Source: Marsupella aquatica | Lineage: Eukaryota; Plantae; Marchantiophyta | Length of the DNA: 64,000 bases | Direction of reading: 5' to 3' | Assembly: GCA_973895155.1 (NCBI GenBank) | Contig: OZ316896.1 | Coordinates: forward strand, 20,510,754-20,574,753 | Shown: piece after piece, positions 37,291-48,470 of the stretch | Layout of the letters: each line of letters starts with the position of its first letter | Numbering within the stretch: position 1 is the first letter of the stretch | Notes under the pieces: generated by a model | What the model was told of the DNA's origin: nothing | What the model saw: only the letters and a program-made list of their open reading frames with translations | Database searches by the model: none | Program-made: the position numbers and the translations under genes

Positions 37291-40200
37291 ATCTTTTTAG
37301 AGAGCAGTCGCGAGGTACAGAAGCCAATGTTCGGGCCGATGTCTGATGTTCTGTCTGATGTTCTGTTTGTAGTTTGCCCTTTGGAAGCAGAGGTAGTTTG
37401 ATCGCAGTCGTCTGCAATCCGACTGCGCAGTTCTTGTCATTCACTGCATTCTACTGCAGTGTGAGAACTTCCAAGAGCTACAGTAGTACAAAGGGACACC
37501 ACTATTTCCCCGGTAATACTCACTACGGTGTGTCGTATCGTGCAGCCTATTTGAGTCACCTTCAAGACTCCATTGCTAGGGTTGAGGACAGCCTATTTTT
37601 TAAGGTTGTTAATTTTAGCCAGTGTGGCGAATGTTTGCTTCTCTAAGGGAGGAGATTCTAGGAATATTCTTTATCAGATTTTACTGAATTAAATCGTGAC
37701 CGTCAGACCATCAGATATCCCTAGATTTAAGGAGGACCATTAGATTCTGGCTAGTGGGGTCCATGATTTGGTGGAAGAGTGGCTAATGGTGTCACAAAAA
37801 TGTAGCAAATATTAGCCAAAACTGGCGAAAGTTTTTGGGGGAGGTGGATTTTGGCTAAAATTTGCACTTGAAAAATACGCTGGTTGAGGATGAACTAGTG
37901 GCCAGATGATGTGCTTAGTACCTAGAGGAGTTACGCTCTAAGTACATCCAGGATTTGGGATTTATGGGAGGGTGATTTTTAAGGTTTCTCCTTTTCTTAT
38001 AAGTCAGAGTGGCCAATGTCCCCTTGTGTTAAGGAGGAGACTGAGGAGATGCTAGAAATCTTCCTTATCTACATTTACTAGATTAATGCTAGACCCTTAC
38101 AATCTCCCTAGATTTAAAGGATAGCCGTTCTGGCTAATGGATTCAGTGCCTTGGATGGAAACTGATATTGGCACCCAAAAAGCTGGTGATTTTTGGCCAA
38201 AGTTGGAAAAAGCTTGTTGATGGACGTGGAATGTGGGAGTCTAGGGGTTTATGGGTACAACTACTTGAACCTATAATCCAGCATTTATTTGTGGGTTTAT
38301 GGCCTCAACTACTTGAAGAAAATGCTGGATTATGGGTTTAACTAGTTGAGGCGCACCACTCCAGTTGAAATTTTGATGACATTCATTTTATAGTCCTTAT
38401 TGAAAGTATGGAGGGCTAACCCTATATAAGTTTCACATTCAAACTAAACCCACAACTCCAGTCCTTGGATTTGGGGATCAATCTTTGAGAACCTTTGGTT
38501 TTTTGCCTTTTACACAAGGGCCCCCTCCCCCACTTGGCAAATTGAGCAGTCATACTTCCCCAAAATATTGACCATATCTGGCAAAAGGTTTAAGCATACC
38601 TCTTCCAAAGAATAATTTAATGTTTGTGTTTGCCACATATGCTAGTATGTGGTAACCAGTCATATCCAAATTAACACTATTTCTTATCACATATGTGATG
38701 CAGCTATGTCCTGGTAGCCCCTTCTGAGTCTCACACCTAATATTATGCCTTGTGACATACACTAAAATAGGCATACAAACAAAAGGAACGATGGAACTAT
38801 TTCTTGAGCCTGTGAATCTCACTAATAAATTAATGGGATGAGAAGCTAGAGTTGGGGTCTAAGTTTCTAGAGTGAAACCTCTAAACCATGACTGTAGGGC
38901 CCCACCACTTTGCCCACCACAATTTATGTGGATGGAAATAACGATGGGATGTTATGTACATGATAAAATGATGATCACTCATGATTTGTCATATCCCTAC
39001 TAACATTCAAAGAATGGTCATTCAGGCCTATTAAACAAAAGGAAAGAAGAACCATGACCTACCATCTTACTCCTTCAAACCTATCATTAATTTAATAACT
39101 CAGGGGGGTGGTCCTTAACCTGCCTTCAGACAACTTGTACATATTATTTGCAACCCCAAATTCTCTAGCAATCTCCACACTGATGGATCCCTTGTTGACC
39201 TTGTCTACAAGTTCCTCCATTGGCTGTGGAGGTAAAGTTGATTCAAGGCCCATATGCCTTGTTAATAATGGAAGAAACATTTCAGGGATTACATAAAAGC
39301 GGAATTCTAACTATTATTGGACCTTGCTACCCTGTTGAAAGGCCTGGTACCTACATGGTACCTACATCGGAGGGCCATCCTCAAAGCGTGGAAATTTTAA
39401 ATATGTAGATCATGTCTCAAAGGCAACTAAATGGTCTGTATTGGGATGCTGAGAGAGTACCTATCAGCACCTTACCTCGTAATAATGCAAACCTTCTGGG
39501 ACTAGTTTAGGTTTATTGCCTTTGGGGCATGTCAGAAGATTACCACTTGAGTGCAGCCCATGTTTGCCTTGGGTGAGAGTGGTCTCAACAATAAATTGCC
39601 TCTGCTGACTAACCAGCCCACTCTTGCCTTAGATCAGGCTGTTCAAGAATTTAAATGCTTGATTGTGTTCAATTGATGACCACATAGATATAAATTGTTA
39701 CTTGCATATCAAATACCATGAACTTCAAAAATACTCTCATAATCTTACTACAAAAGTGTCAACTGAAGCCTACTCTTAAGGGCCTAGGTCTAGAGTGAAA
39801 TTTCCCAATATAGACAAAATTAATAATGAGGTTTAATAAGATCAAAATTGTGTCTAGAGAAACATGACTTTGTGATAGCTCACTTGAATAGAGACTCATA
39901 GGTTTTGGGTTCACTCATTTGAATAGAACATGATAGATCTTGGATTCAACTATTGTGAGTGACTCTTTCTTTTATGTGGGGTTTCATAGATTTCTCCTTT
40001 AAAAACAAATAAAAAATTTAAAAATAAAAATAAAAAAATCATTTTTTTTTTAAATAAAAATAGACAAAAGTGACATTGACTCTAAATAAAGATAAAATTG
40101 AAATGAACATAGATACTCTAAACAAAGATAAAACTCAAATGAGCATAGATAAAAAACAAAAATGACTCTAAATAAAAACAAAACTGAAAATAGGATAGAA

Positions 40201-41462
40201 AAAAATAACGATGAGGTAAAGACTAACCAAAATAATTTTATTTTGCAAGAAGTTTTTCAGGGTCATGGGGATAGTGTCTCAAATAATCACCTATCTACTG
40301 TAGCGCCTACTCAAGATTAGTAACAATATTGGTTATTTATTATCAGAACTCTGGAGTACAATTACAAGTACGCTTAACCAATGTTGGTCAAATTAAAGTA
40401 GCTTCATCATGGTGTGCCATGCTCAAATGGGACTAACACCAAATAATAAGACTCAAACCAAATTCCCCTGTATGCACTCATCGAATGAGGACGATTGTTG
40501 GGGGAAACAGATTCGCCTTGAGCCAAGGTCACTATTCTATGCACAATTCACCTACTGACTTTCGAAAGACCCATGTGGGAGTGGGCCACTCTGGATATGT
40601 TCATGGTCACTAACAATATGTGATGGGCGAAGAGGATTGCAGAGCTTCGCCCGTGCTAAGACGGAAAACTATGGACAGAACCTAATGAAAAAGAACTTGC
40701 TCCTCTGCTTCATCATGAGACCAGAACGTGGACTCAAGGTTGACATTGAGCTCAACAATCTGAGAGGTATTAATCAATCTAGCGCAACCCACCAAGCCCA
40801 ATCTCTCTGCTGGCATTTGAACTCGGTCGATGATCTCAAGGCTCTGCTCCCTGCAAAGAGTAAATTGACGCATTTCAGAATTGAATAATCATTTATTGCT
40901 TACCCTATCCTTTCTTTCATAAGTTGGAATACCATCCTTTCTATGATATAATAGTACTAGACATGCTTTCAATAAGAGAAGTAAGATCCAGTAGGCATTG
41001 TAAGAAACTAATCACATAAGTAAGAACAGGCATGACAACTCAGCAAAGCAAGAAATAATTCCATTCTTGAAGCCATGCAGTTCCTGAGATTCTTACAATA
41101 ATTGCTTTCCTCTGAAATTTGTGGACGTTTTCGCGAGAAGCGCGCTAGTTCATCATGCTGTCAAGTTGAGAAAAGCCAGAACAACGTTGTGATAACGTCC
41201 ATCTAGCACAGGTCGAAACTGACACGCAAACACTGGTCCAGCACAATTGCTGGATTACAACAGTGAAATAAATGGAGGGCTTCCAACCAGACCAGCCTTC
41301 GGTGGCCCGAATGTCTACTGAAAGCTGGAACAAGAAAGAACTCGTCTCCATCTCAACGCCCTGGAATTATTGAAGAGAGTCCTTTGGCGAGCAGTAAAAA
41401 TACCGCCAGCACAGCATTACCAAACATCCGAGGAGTAACAGGATAAGATAGAGACCGACAAC

Positions 41463-44077
41463 CTATGCTCCCATATTTGGGAGAAGGCTAGTGCTGGCCA
41501 ATGTATCGGATTCAAATTCCCTTTGGAGACTTTGTGAATGGCCACTCTTGGTCAGTTCAAGTCCCGGCACATTACAACATATGTTAAGTAACCCCATCAC
41601 GGAAATAGGGTCTCGCTCCTTGCAGTCCAGTTTCATTCTTTGCGATAGGTCCATGGCCTCCTGTTCTTTTCCACACTCCATGTGTCCCTGAATCAAAGCA
41701 TTCCAAGTGGCTGAATTGTGTGTTGGCATCGTGTTGAATACTTTCCAAGCATCCTCTATGCTCCCACATTTGGCATACATGTTTATGAGGCAACCACCAA
41801 GCAGAACATCAGACTCCAAACCCCTTTCAAGGATCTGTGTATGGATAACTCTGCCTTCTTGAAGTGCCCCTATAGTTGCACATGCTTTCAGCAACGCAAA
41901 ACTTGTGACTCTGTCCGGATCCACTCCTTCTTGTTGCATTCTACGCGAGAGCTCTAATACTTTTTGGAATTGCCCGCATTTCAAAAGTCCGAGAATCATT
42001 GCATTCCAAGAAAGCAGATTCCGTGCGGGGAGACCTTCAAAAATCCTCCAAGCATTCTCCATGCCCTTGTCGTCTGCATGAGCTGAGACACTGACACATG
42101 CATTTACCACCCCCAACAAGGTGACATGATCTGGTTCCACCCCCTCCCATTGCATTTCTCGAGATAGTTCTAATGCTTTCTGCCATTGCCCACATTTTAC
42201 ATATCCCGTGATCATAGCATTCCAAGAGACCACATTGCGTTCAGGCATATCGTTGAAGACTGTGCGAGCTTCCTCCATTTTTCCACATGTAGCGTACATG
42301 TGGATGAGGCTACAGCCGACAAAGACATCAGACTCACAACCACTTTTAATGACCTGGGCATGAACATGGCGACCTTCTGAGAGTGCTCCTGCACTACCAC
42401 ATGCGTTAAGCACACCTGTAAAGGTAACACAATCTGGCAACACTCCTTCTTGCTGCATTTGTCGAAATAGTTCCAATGCCCTATGCCCTTGCCCACATTT
42501 TACATAACCCATAATCATAGCATTCCAAGAGACCACATCCCGAGTCGGCATACTATCAAATACTCTCCAAGCGTCTTCCACGCTCCCACATTTACTGTAC
42601 ATATCGAGCAGGCTGTTACAAACATAGAGATTAGACTGCAACCCACTTTGAATGACCTCGGTATGAATGCTTCTGCCTTCTTCGAGGGCCCCAATACTGG
42701 TGCAAGCATTGACCACCCCTACATAGGTTATGCTATCTGGTTCTAACCCTTGAAGTTGCATTTGTTGAAATAGTTCCAACGCTTTCTCCCCTTGCCCACA
42801 ATTCTTGTAACCAAGAAGCATTGTATTCCATGAGACTACATCCCGTCTAGGCATATTGCTGAACACTCGCCAAGCATTTTCTATGTTACCGCATTTGGAG
42901 TACATATCAACGAGGCTTGCAGACACAAATTCTTCAGACTCAAAACCACTTTTAATGATTTGAGCATGAAGTGCGCGGCCTTCTTTCAATGCCTCCAAAC
43001 TCGCACATGCATTTACCAACCCCAGAAAGGTGACAGGGTTTGGCTCCACGCCTTCCCGTTTCATTTTCCGAAACAGTTTCAATGCCTTCTTCCCTTCTCC
43101 GCATCTGACATACCCCCGAATCATGGCATTCCAACACACCACATTGCGTGCAGACATGCTGTCGAAGACGGCCCGTCCATCCTCTATGCTACCACATTTG
43201 GCGTACATATCAACGAGGCTACTGCCTACAAACACATCTGACTCGCAGCCAGTCTTAACGATTTGCGAATGGACGAGTCTGCCTTCTTCGAGGCATTTTA
43301 GACCCGCACACGCATTCAGCACTCTAGTGAAAGTAAATTTGTCCGGCTGATTGCCATCTCGTTGCATTTGGTGAAAAAGCTCCACTGCCTCCTCATAGTC
43401 TCGGGACTTAACAAGTCTTGCAAGCTTCAAATTCTGTGAAAAAGTGCTCAATTTGACAGCCCCCGGAGCCAATACAGCCAGCTCTGCTTCCACCCAAGGG
43501 GGCCTCAATTTGTCTTTAACCCAAAGGGCCTCCGTCTTCGTCTTATGCTTAAAGTCTGGATACCCTGCATTTAGCTACAACTGAAAGTTCAGTCTAATTG
43601 ATCAGCGGCACACTTCTAAGAGCCAGTTGAAAACCGCGTTACCAGAGATACAGGCAAATAAGAAAAATTCGATAGAATGGAGCGTCAAACAGCAATTGAA
43701 ATCCTTTGCACTTTCAGGTTCTGGTAAGCTGTTTACCTTCTCTGACCTGTGATCCCACCACTGTGAAGGGTCTGCAAAGAATTCCCGCCATCGCTCTTCT
43801 ACAATCGTTTTCTTTCCTGTCATAGACAACCCGACTGGTCAAAAATTGCACTCCTTGTTTGTTCTTCGTGTCAGAGGTTTCAAATATGAGGTATATAAAA
43901 GAATATCTTGCACCTTGGAGAATATCTGAGTCTCTTGGCCAAAGAGTCTCAACCTCTATATCTGAGACTTCTTTGGTTGAGGCGTCAAGACTTGATTCTC
44001 CTAACCCTAAACTCTTTGATAAAGTTCCACTCATGCAATTTCGTTGCTTGGAAAGACATGGACACAACCAGACGAAC
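41463..44077 (-). CDS. PLS-class PPR protein (~19 motifs, no E/DYW) with an N-terminal OSB-type PDF motif. Exons 44077-43914, 43834-43737, 43574-41463; further 5' exons near 44326-44400 and ~44930-45036 uncertain
   Basis: In-frame spliced WREFFADPSQWWDHRSEK|LNAGYPDFKHKTKTEALWVKDKLRPPWVEAEL is followed by P-L-S triplets (VVSWNAMI..GY..G..ALELF..M..EGV.PD / TF..VLNAC....ALEEGR.VH / VFVGSSLVDMYAKCGSIEDA..VF..M..RN). Confidence 0.88.
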
Positions 44078-45118
44078 CTGTTAACTTCAAACTTTTCACC
44101 CGTTCTTTAAGTGATTCGTCTCGCAGTTGCATAAACGATTCAATTGAAGTGTTTCAAGACATAAAATAAGGTCTTTTCTATATCGTCAATTAGTTCAATT
44201 TGTACATACTGCGGTATTTTTGAGTTCAATTTGACAAACTCAGCTGCAAGAGGGTCATCCTGAAAACTCATCTGTTAGACTGTCTTCTTTGGAGACTAGA
44301 ATAATAACCCGAAAACTTTGCTCACCAAGGGGAAGATGAGTTGCACTTTGTTGAAGGTGTTCAGCTGAAGAGGCAACGGCTCTATGGCACCAAGCAGAAC
44401 CTGTCACATCCACAAGATACCCCAGCATTCAAAACTGAGCTCCATGGGAGAAAGAGAGCCATTGTGTAAATAAAGTCAGTAACTACCGCCAGCAAAGAGC
44501 TAGATTTACGGTGAGAAACGCACTGCGACAAAAACACGAAACGAACCGAGTATTATCTACGAACGCCCCCTCTGCGTTTTCAATATCTAAGTAGAGATTT
44601 TGTGAATAAGAGAACGGACAAATTCAAATTCATGACTGGAGCTTCGCGAACTCGATAGCCAACATCACATTACGATTCAGGAACCTCATTCAATGAATTC
44701 TCCGTACAAAATTACCGCAAAATGAATACACAAGATGGGTCTTCTGAAGATATTGACCACGGGAGCGTATGGTCGAGTGGCACCGATCAGAACCTGCTGC
44801 ATGAATTTCACACAGGCCAACTTCAGAAAAGGTGTTTTTCCCGAAAACTTGAACACACTCAGATGCTGGGACCCAGCAAATCCTCATGTGCGACATCAGC
44901 TCGTTCGCTATGGCCTCCGATCGAGATCCACACCTGGGTGGTTGCAGCACTCTGCCGGGGTTGCAGCACTCTCCCGCGCAGCTATGGATCCGAGAACAGC
45001 ACAAACGTTCGCAGCTGAGACCGCAGCCATCTCCATCTCCAACAACAGCTGTAATGAATCGATAACAGAGTCACAATCCCTGCCCTGTTCCGCTCCTCTT
45101 CCACTCTTCCATACTCTA

Positions 45119-45166
45119 CTTCTCCTCTCCTCTCCTCTCCTCTCCTCTCCTCTCTGCTCTGCTCCT
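45119..45166 (+). repeat. (CTCTC)n microsatellite in the PPR gene 5' region
   Basis: Direct reading. Confidence 0.85.
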
Positions 45167-46152
45167 ATAGTCTCGTCGCTGAGCTCATTCCAGAAATTTG
45201 CTCACCCAGAATAAGATTGGCTGTTACGGCCTGTTTTTACCGGTTTCAGAGGAGGTAACTCCTCTTTACCGCCTTTCTGATGGTGATTTTGAAGTTACTG
45301 GGATCCTGTCCGGTGGGGATATAATTCTCTTTCAGCGATAACTCTCATTTTAGTGAGTTTGACGTTATTAGCCTCAATACCCACGTGTATGCACATACAG
45401 GAAGGGTTCCTATACCCAGACTTCCCATGCCTGGCCCAAAACACTCTAAACAAATGTTACTAAACTTAATTGTTCTCTAGGGTTCCATTTTACGGAGTAG
45501 GTCATGCCCAGTAGACTTTGATAGCTACTGTAACTACAGTAAAGATTGGGCGTTGTTTTCCCCTCGTTACCCTCTGGATGAGTCTGGGTGTGGTTTTACA
45601 TTTTATGGCTTCTGCTGTGCGGGTTTTGCCTTTGGTTGTTACATCGGAGTTTACTTCACCTGATCAGTAAAACATGAGTGTCAAGACAAAAAATAATACT
45701 TGGTGGATCCCCAGTCCCCACATTGCAAAAAAGTGTTTTTGTGAGGTGCATGTACCCTCCATGATATCCTTCCTTGTTGGGTTGCTCACTAGGTTCTTGT
45801 GTGATAGGGGCAGTGCTTATAACCAGCAGTACGCTTGATCATTAGAAGAGGGAGAGCCCAAACTGGGTAGAGAAGCTTTCCATAGTTTTACACTACTCTA
45901 CAGTTGCCTCATGGATCTAGCCCAAACCAACCCACCCTCAATCAACTTGACCAAACTTTGGCAAGCCATTGGTACTATATATTTATCTGTAATATAGCCA
46001 AGGATGGGTAGCTCAAACCCAAACCAAGTCCAGCTCAGCTCAGCTCAACTCAAGGCAATGCAACCCCCAGCCCAGCCCAACCCAACCCAAGTTACCATCG
46101 AACTTGCCATGGAACATGACTTCAACCCTAACATCATTCTCACTTGCTCTTC

Positions 46153-46282
46153 TCTCATCACTGGACATAGTGTTGGAAACTTTTGTGCAACCTTCCCATC
46201 AATTCAATGAGAAAGAGGCACAAAAGTTGGGATTGATGGGAAGGGGGCACAAAAGTTTCAAACACTATGTCCAGTGATGAGA
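46153..46282. repeat. Inverted repeat/hairpin, 51-bp arms, ~28-nt loop
   Basis: TCTCATCACTGGACATAGTGTTGGAAACTTTTGTGCAACCTTCCCATCAAT pairs with ATTGATGGGAAGGGGGCACAAAAGTTTCAAACACTATGTCCAGTGATGAGA, with about 3 mismatches. Confidence 0.9.
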
Positions 46283-46369
46283 GGAGATCCTTACTTTCTC
46301 TTTCTTGTTCTTCATGTTGTGGTCTGGATTAAGGGCAAGTCAGAGTACTCCCGTAAGCAAAGTCCTACA

Positions 46370-46780
46370 GCCCCGGTTTGGACTTGTCAGACAAATAGGA
46401 GGATTTGGGATGACAAATGACATATGTCATCCCGGTCGATCCCGGTCGATCCTGGCTGGGTGACAGGGTTGGGCCGGGAGGGGGGGGGGGGGGGGGGGGG
46501 GGGGGGTGAGAGCCGGGCCGGGAAGGGGAGGCTGGGCCGGGACTACGCAGCCAGGCCGGGAATAGGCAGCCGGGCCGGGCCGGGAGGGTTAGGAGGAGTC
46601 TGGGACCGGGCCGGGAGGGGTCAGGAGAGTTCGGGACCGGGCCGGGGGGCGGTCGGGAATTTTTGGTCCCGGCCGGGGAATATAAGGGAATATTGGACAA
46701 ATAGGCTGTTTTTGGATGGACAAGTTGTCATTTGTCGTGTCGGACAAGGACACATCTTGTCCGACAGTGAAAACCGGGCC
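46370..46780. mobile_element. GC-rich MITE-like element with internal CCGGG repeats and a poly-G tract
   Basis: Ends GCCCCGGTTT..TGTCAGACAA and TTGTCCGACA..AAACCGGGCC are inverted, as are subterminal GACAAATGACA/TGTCATTTGTC. A ~27-nt G run lies at ~46480-46506. Confidence 0.6.
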
Positions 46781-46960
46781 TACAGCTGTGGATTTTGGAC
46801 ATACCATCGTTATGGGGTATGTATTTTGGTAACCCAATACTATTTTGTCCTCACCTTATGTCCTGTGCTGCAACTGTCCTGCTTTGACATTAATGTTAAC
46901 ACTATTTCTTAGATGGGAGTGGCTGGCTCTCTCATCCTGCCACTTGCTACAATGGTGGAG

Positions 46961-46990
46961 TTTAGGGTTTAGGGTTTAGGGTAAACCCTA
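46961..46990 (+). repeat. Short interstitial telomere-type repeat (TTTAGGG)3 followed by AAACCCTA
   Basis: TTTAGGGTTTAGGGTTTAGGGTAAACCCTA. Confidence 0.8.
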
Positions 46991-48083
46991 ATAAAACTTG
47001 AGAACATTCACACCTCTGCGAGCCCTCCCTGTATTTTTGGTTTGTAGTTTAGTTACCTGGCTTAACCTCTAGTCAGAAGTGTAAACTTAGTGGGCAGGTT
47101 TTCAGATACCAAACAGTCCAAACCTAAGAAAAATCCAAGCGACTCCAAGCACCCCTTTCAACCCACAAGTTTCAAGAACTATCAGAAAATTAGAGCAAGG
47201 ATAACATGAGTAGTGTCAATTTCAACCATCTCTGTTGGACAAGTGAATACAAAACCAGTAAGAATTAATGCAGGAATGTGCTAGACCAAAATTGCCCTCT
47301 GATCCAAATTTGAACAAAATGTCGTTTGGAATTCACTTTTCACAAAGATAAACAACAATCGTAAGTCGTATTTGAGCAGAAAATCGGCCTCTACAATAAG
47401 CAAGGTGGTGTAAATGATTTGATACTCTGATAAGTTATGGTACACTATGCGGGCAATTGTGTGCTGGCAGATCTGGAAGGACTAGAACCTCATATTATCT
47501 GGAATACACCCGATCTGACGCACAAGGGTAGTTCACAAATCCTGGCACTGACTCGGCATTTACATGAGATGAGACTGGACTCGCCATTGCTCCAGTATTA
47601 GGAATGGTAAATCCATGTTGAATGATGCCTTCAATGACATGGCATTCGATTATGGCTCTTGGACTGGATTGTGGGAGATACACGCGCATATTATCCAAGT
47701 CACACCCGTCCCACCCCATCCACCATGAAGGACTCTACTCCACAGGATTTGGAGTTACACTGCAGACTAGACCAATAGCTTTCTATCACAGATCCACTGA
47801 TAGGTACCCCCACCCATCCCTTTTTCACTGGACGGCCATTTGAGTTTGAGCTGCTCCTGTTGCAGTAGCTAAATTTCTAGATTAGCTTTCCCTTGGTTTA
47901 GCTTCTTTCCTGGTTCTGCCCCGGGGCCGCCGACCCCCTTTGTGGGCCACCCATGTTGTATGCTTGTTTTTTTATGTTTTTGTTTTTTTGGTCTTGAACT
48001 GAACTGGGGAGGAAATATAATTAGACTCCCCCCACCCCAACGTGACACTTTTGGGAAGTTAAATAACCTTAGTAAAAGATTAC

Positions 48084-48470
48084 TCAATAACCGTAGTAAA
48101 AGATCCCTCTTATGCTGTTTAGAAAAGTCTTACCCTGTGTCGAGCTCCTGCTCGGCTTGGTTGCTTGGCGACACAACTGCTTGATTACAATGCCGCCGAA
48201 GCAGTAGCCAACCAGTACAACAGGGCAATGGAGCAATTGCCCAGTTTCTTTTTCCATCATATCATGCAACAGATTCTCGGCAATGACATACAAATCAAAG
48301 CTCTCATATGAGCTCTTTCCCACTCCCCCATTGTAAGCTGCAGCAAATATGTGAGCGTTGGGGAATTCCTCTGTCAACCATCTTTTAGGCCAAAACGTGC
48401 CTTCCTCGCTTTGGGAGTGCATTCTGGTCTGTGAAATTCGTACAGAGATTCGTTCACCTGAGATGACCAA
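48084..48470 (-). pseudogene. Truncated alpha/beta-hydrolase (SERAC1/HNL N-terminal type) fragment
   Basis: FWPKRWLTEEFPNAHIFAAAY...LYVIAENLLHDM...CPVVLVGYCFGGIVIKQLC...FLNSIRGIFYYG*. It stops just before the expected TPHxG motif, and no NB-ARC follows. Confidence 0.65.

Noticed and set aside
39050-39720. Possible degenerate LINE fragment between MITE-like ends
   Set aside because: No recognisable RT or endonuclease motif.
44326-45036. Upstream exons (MEMAAVSAANV..., GSAWCHRAV...) as the definite N-terminus of the PPR gene
   Set aside because: My best splice model puts them out of frame with exon 44077-43914. They cannot be resolved without transcripts and may be 5' UTR or a uORF.
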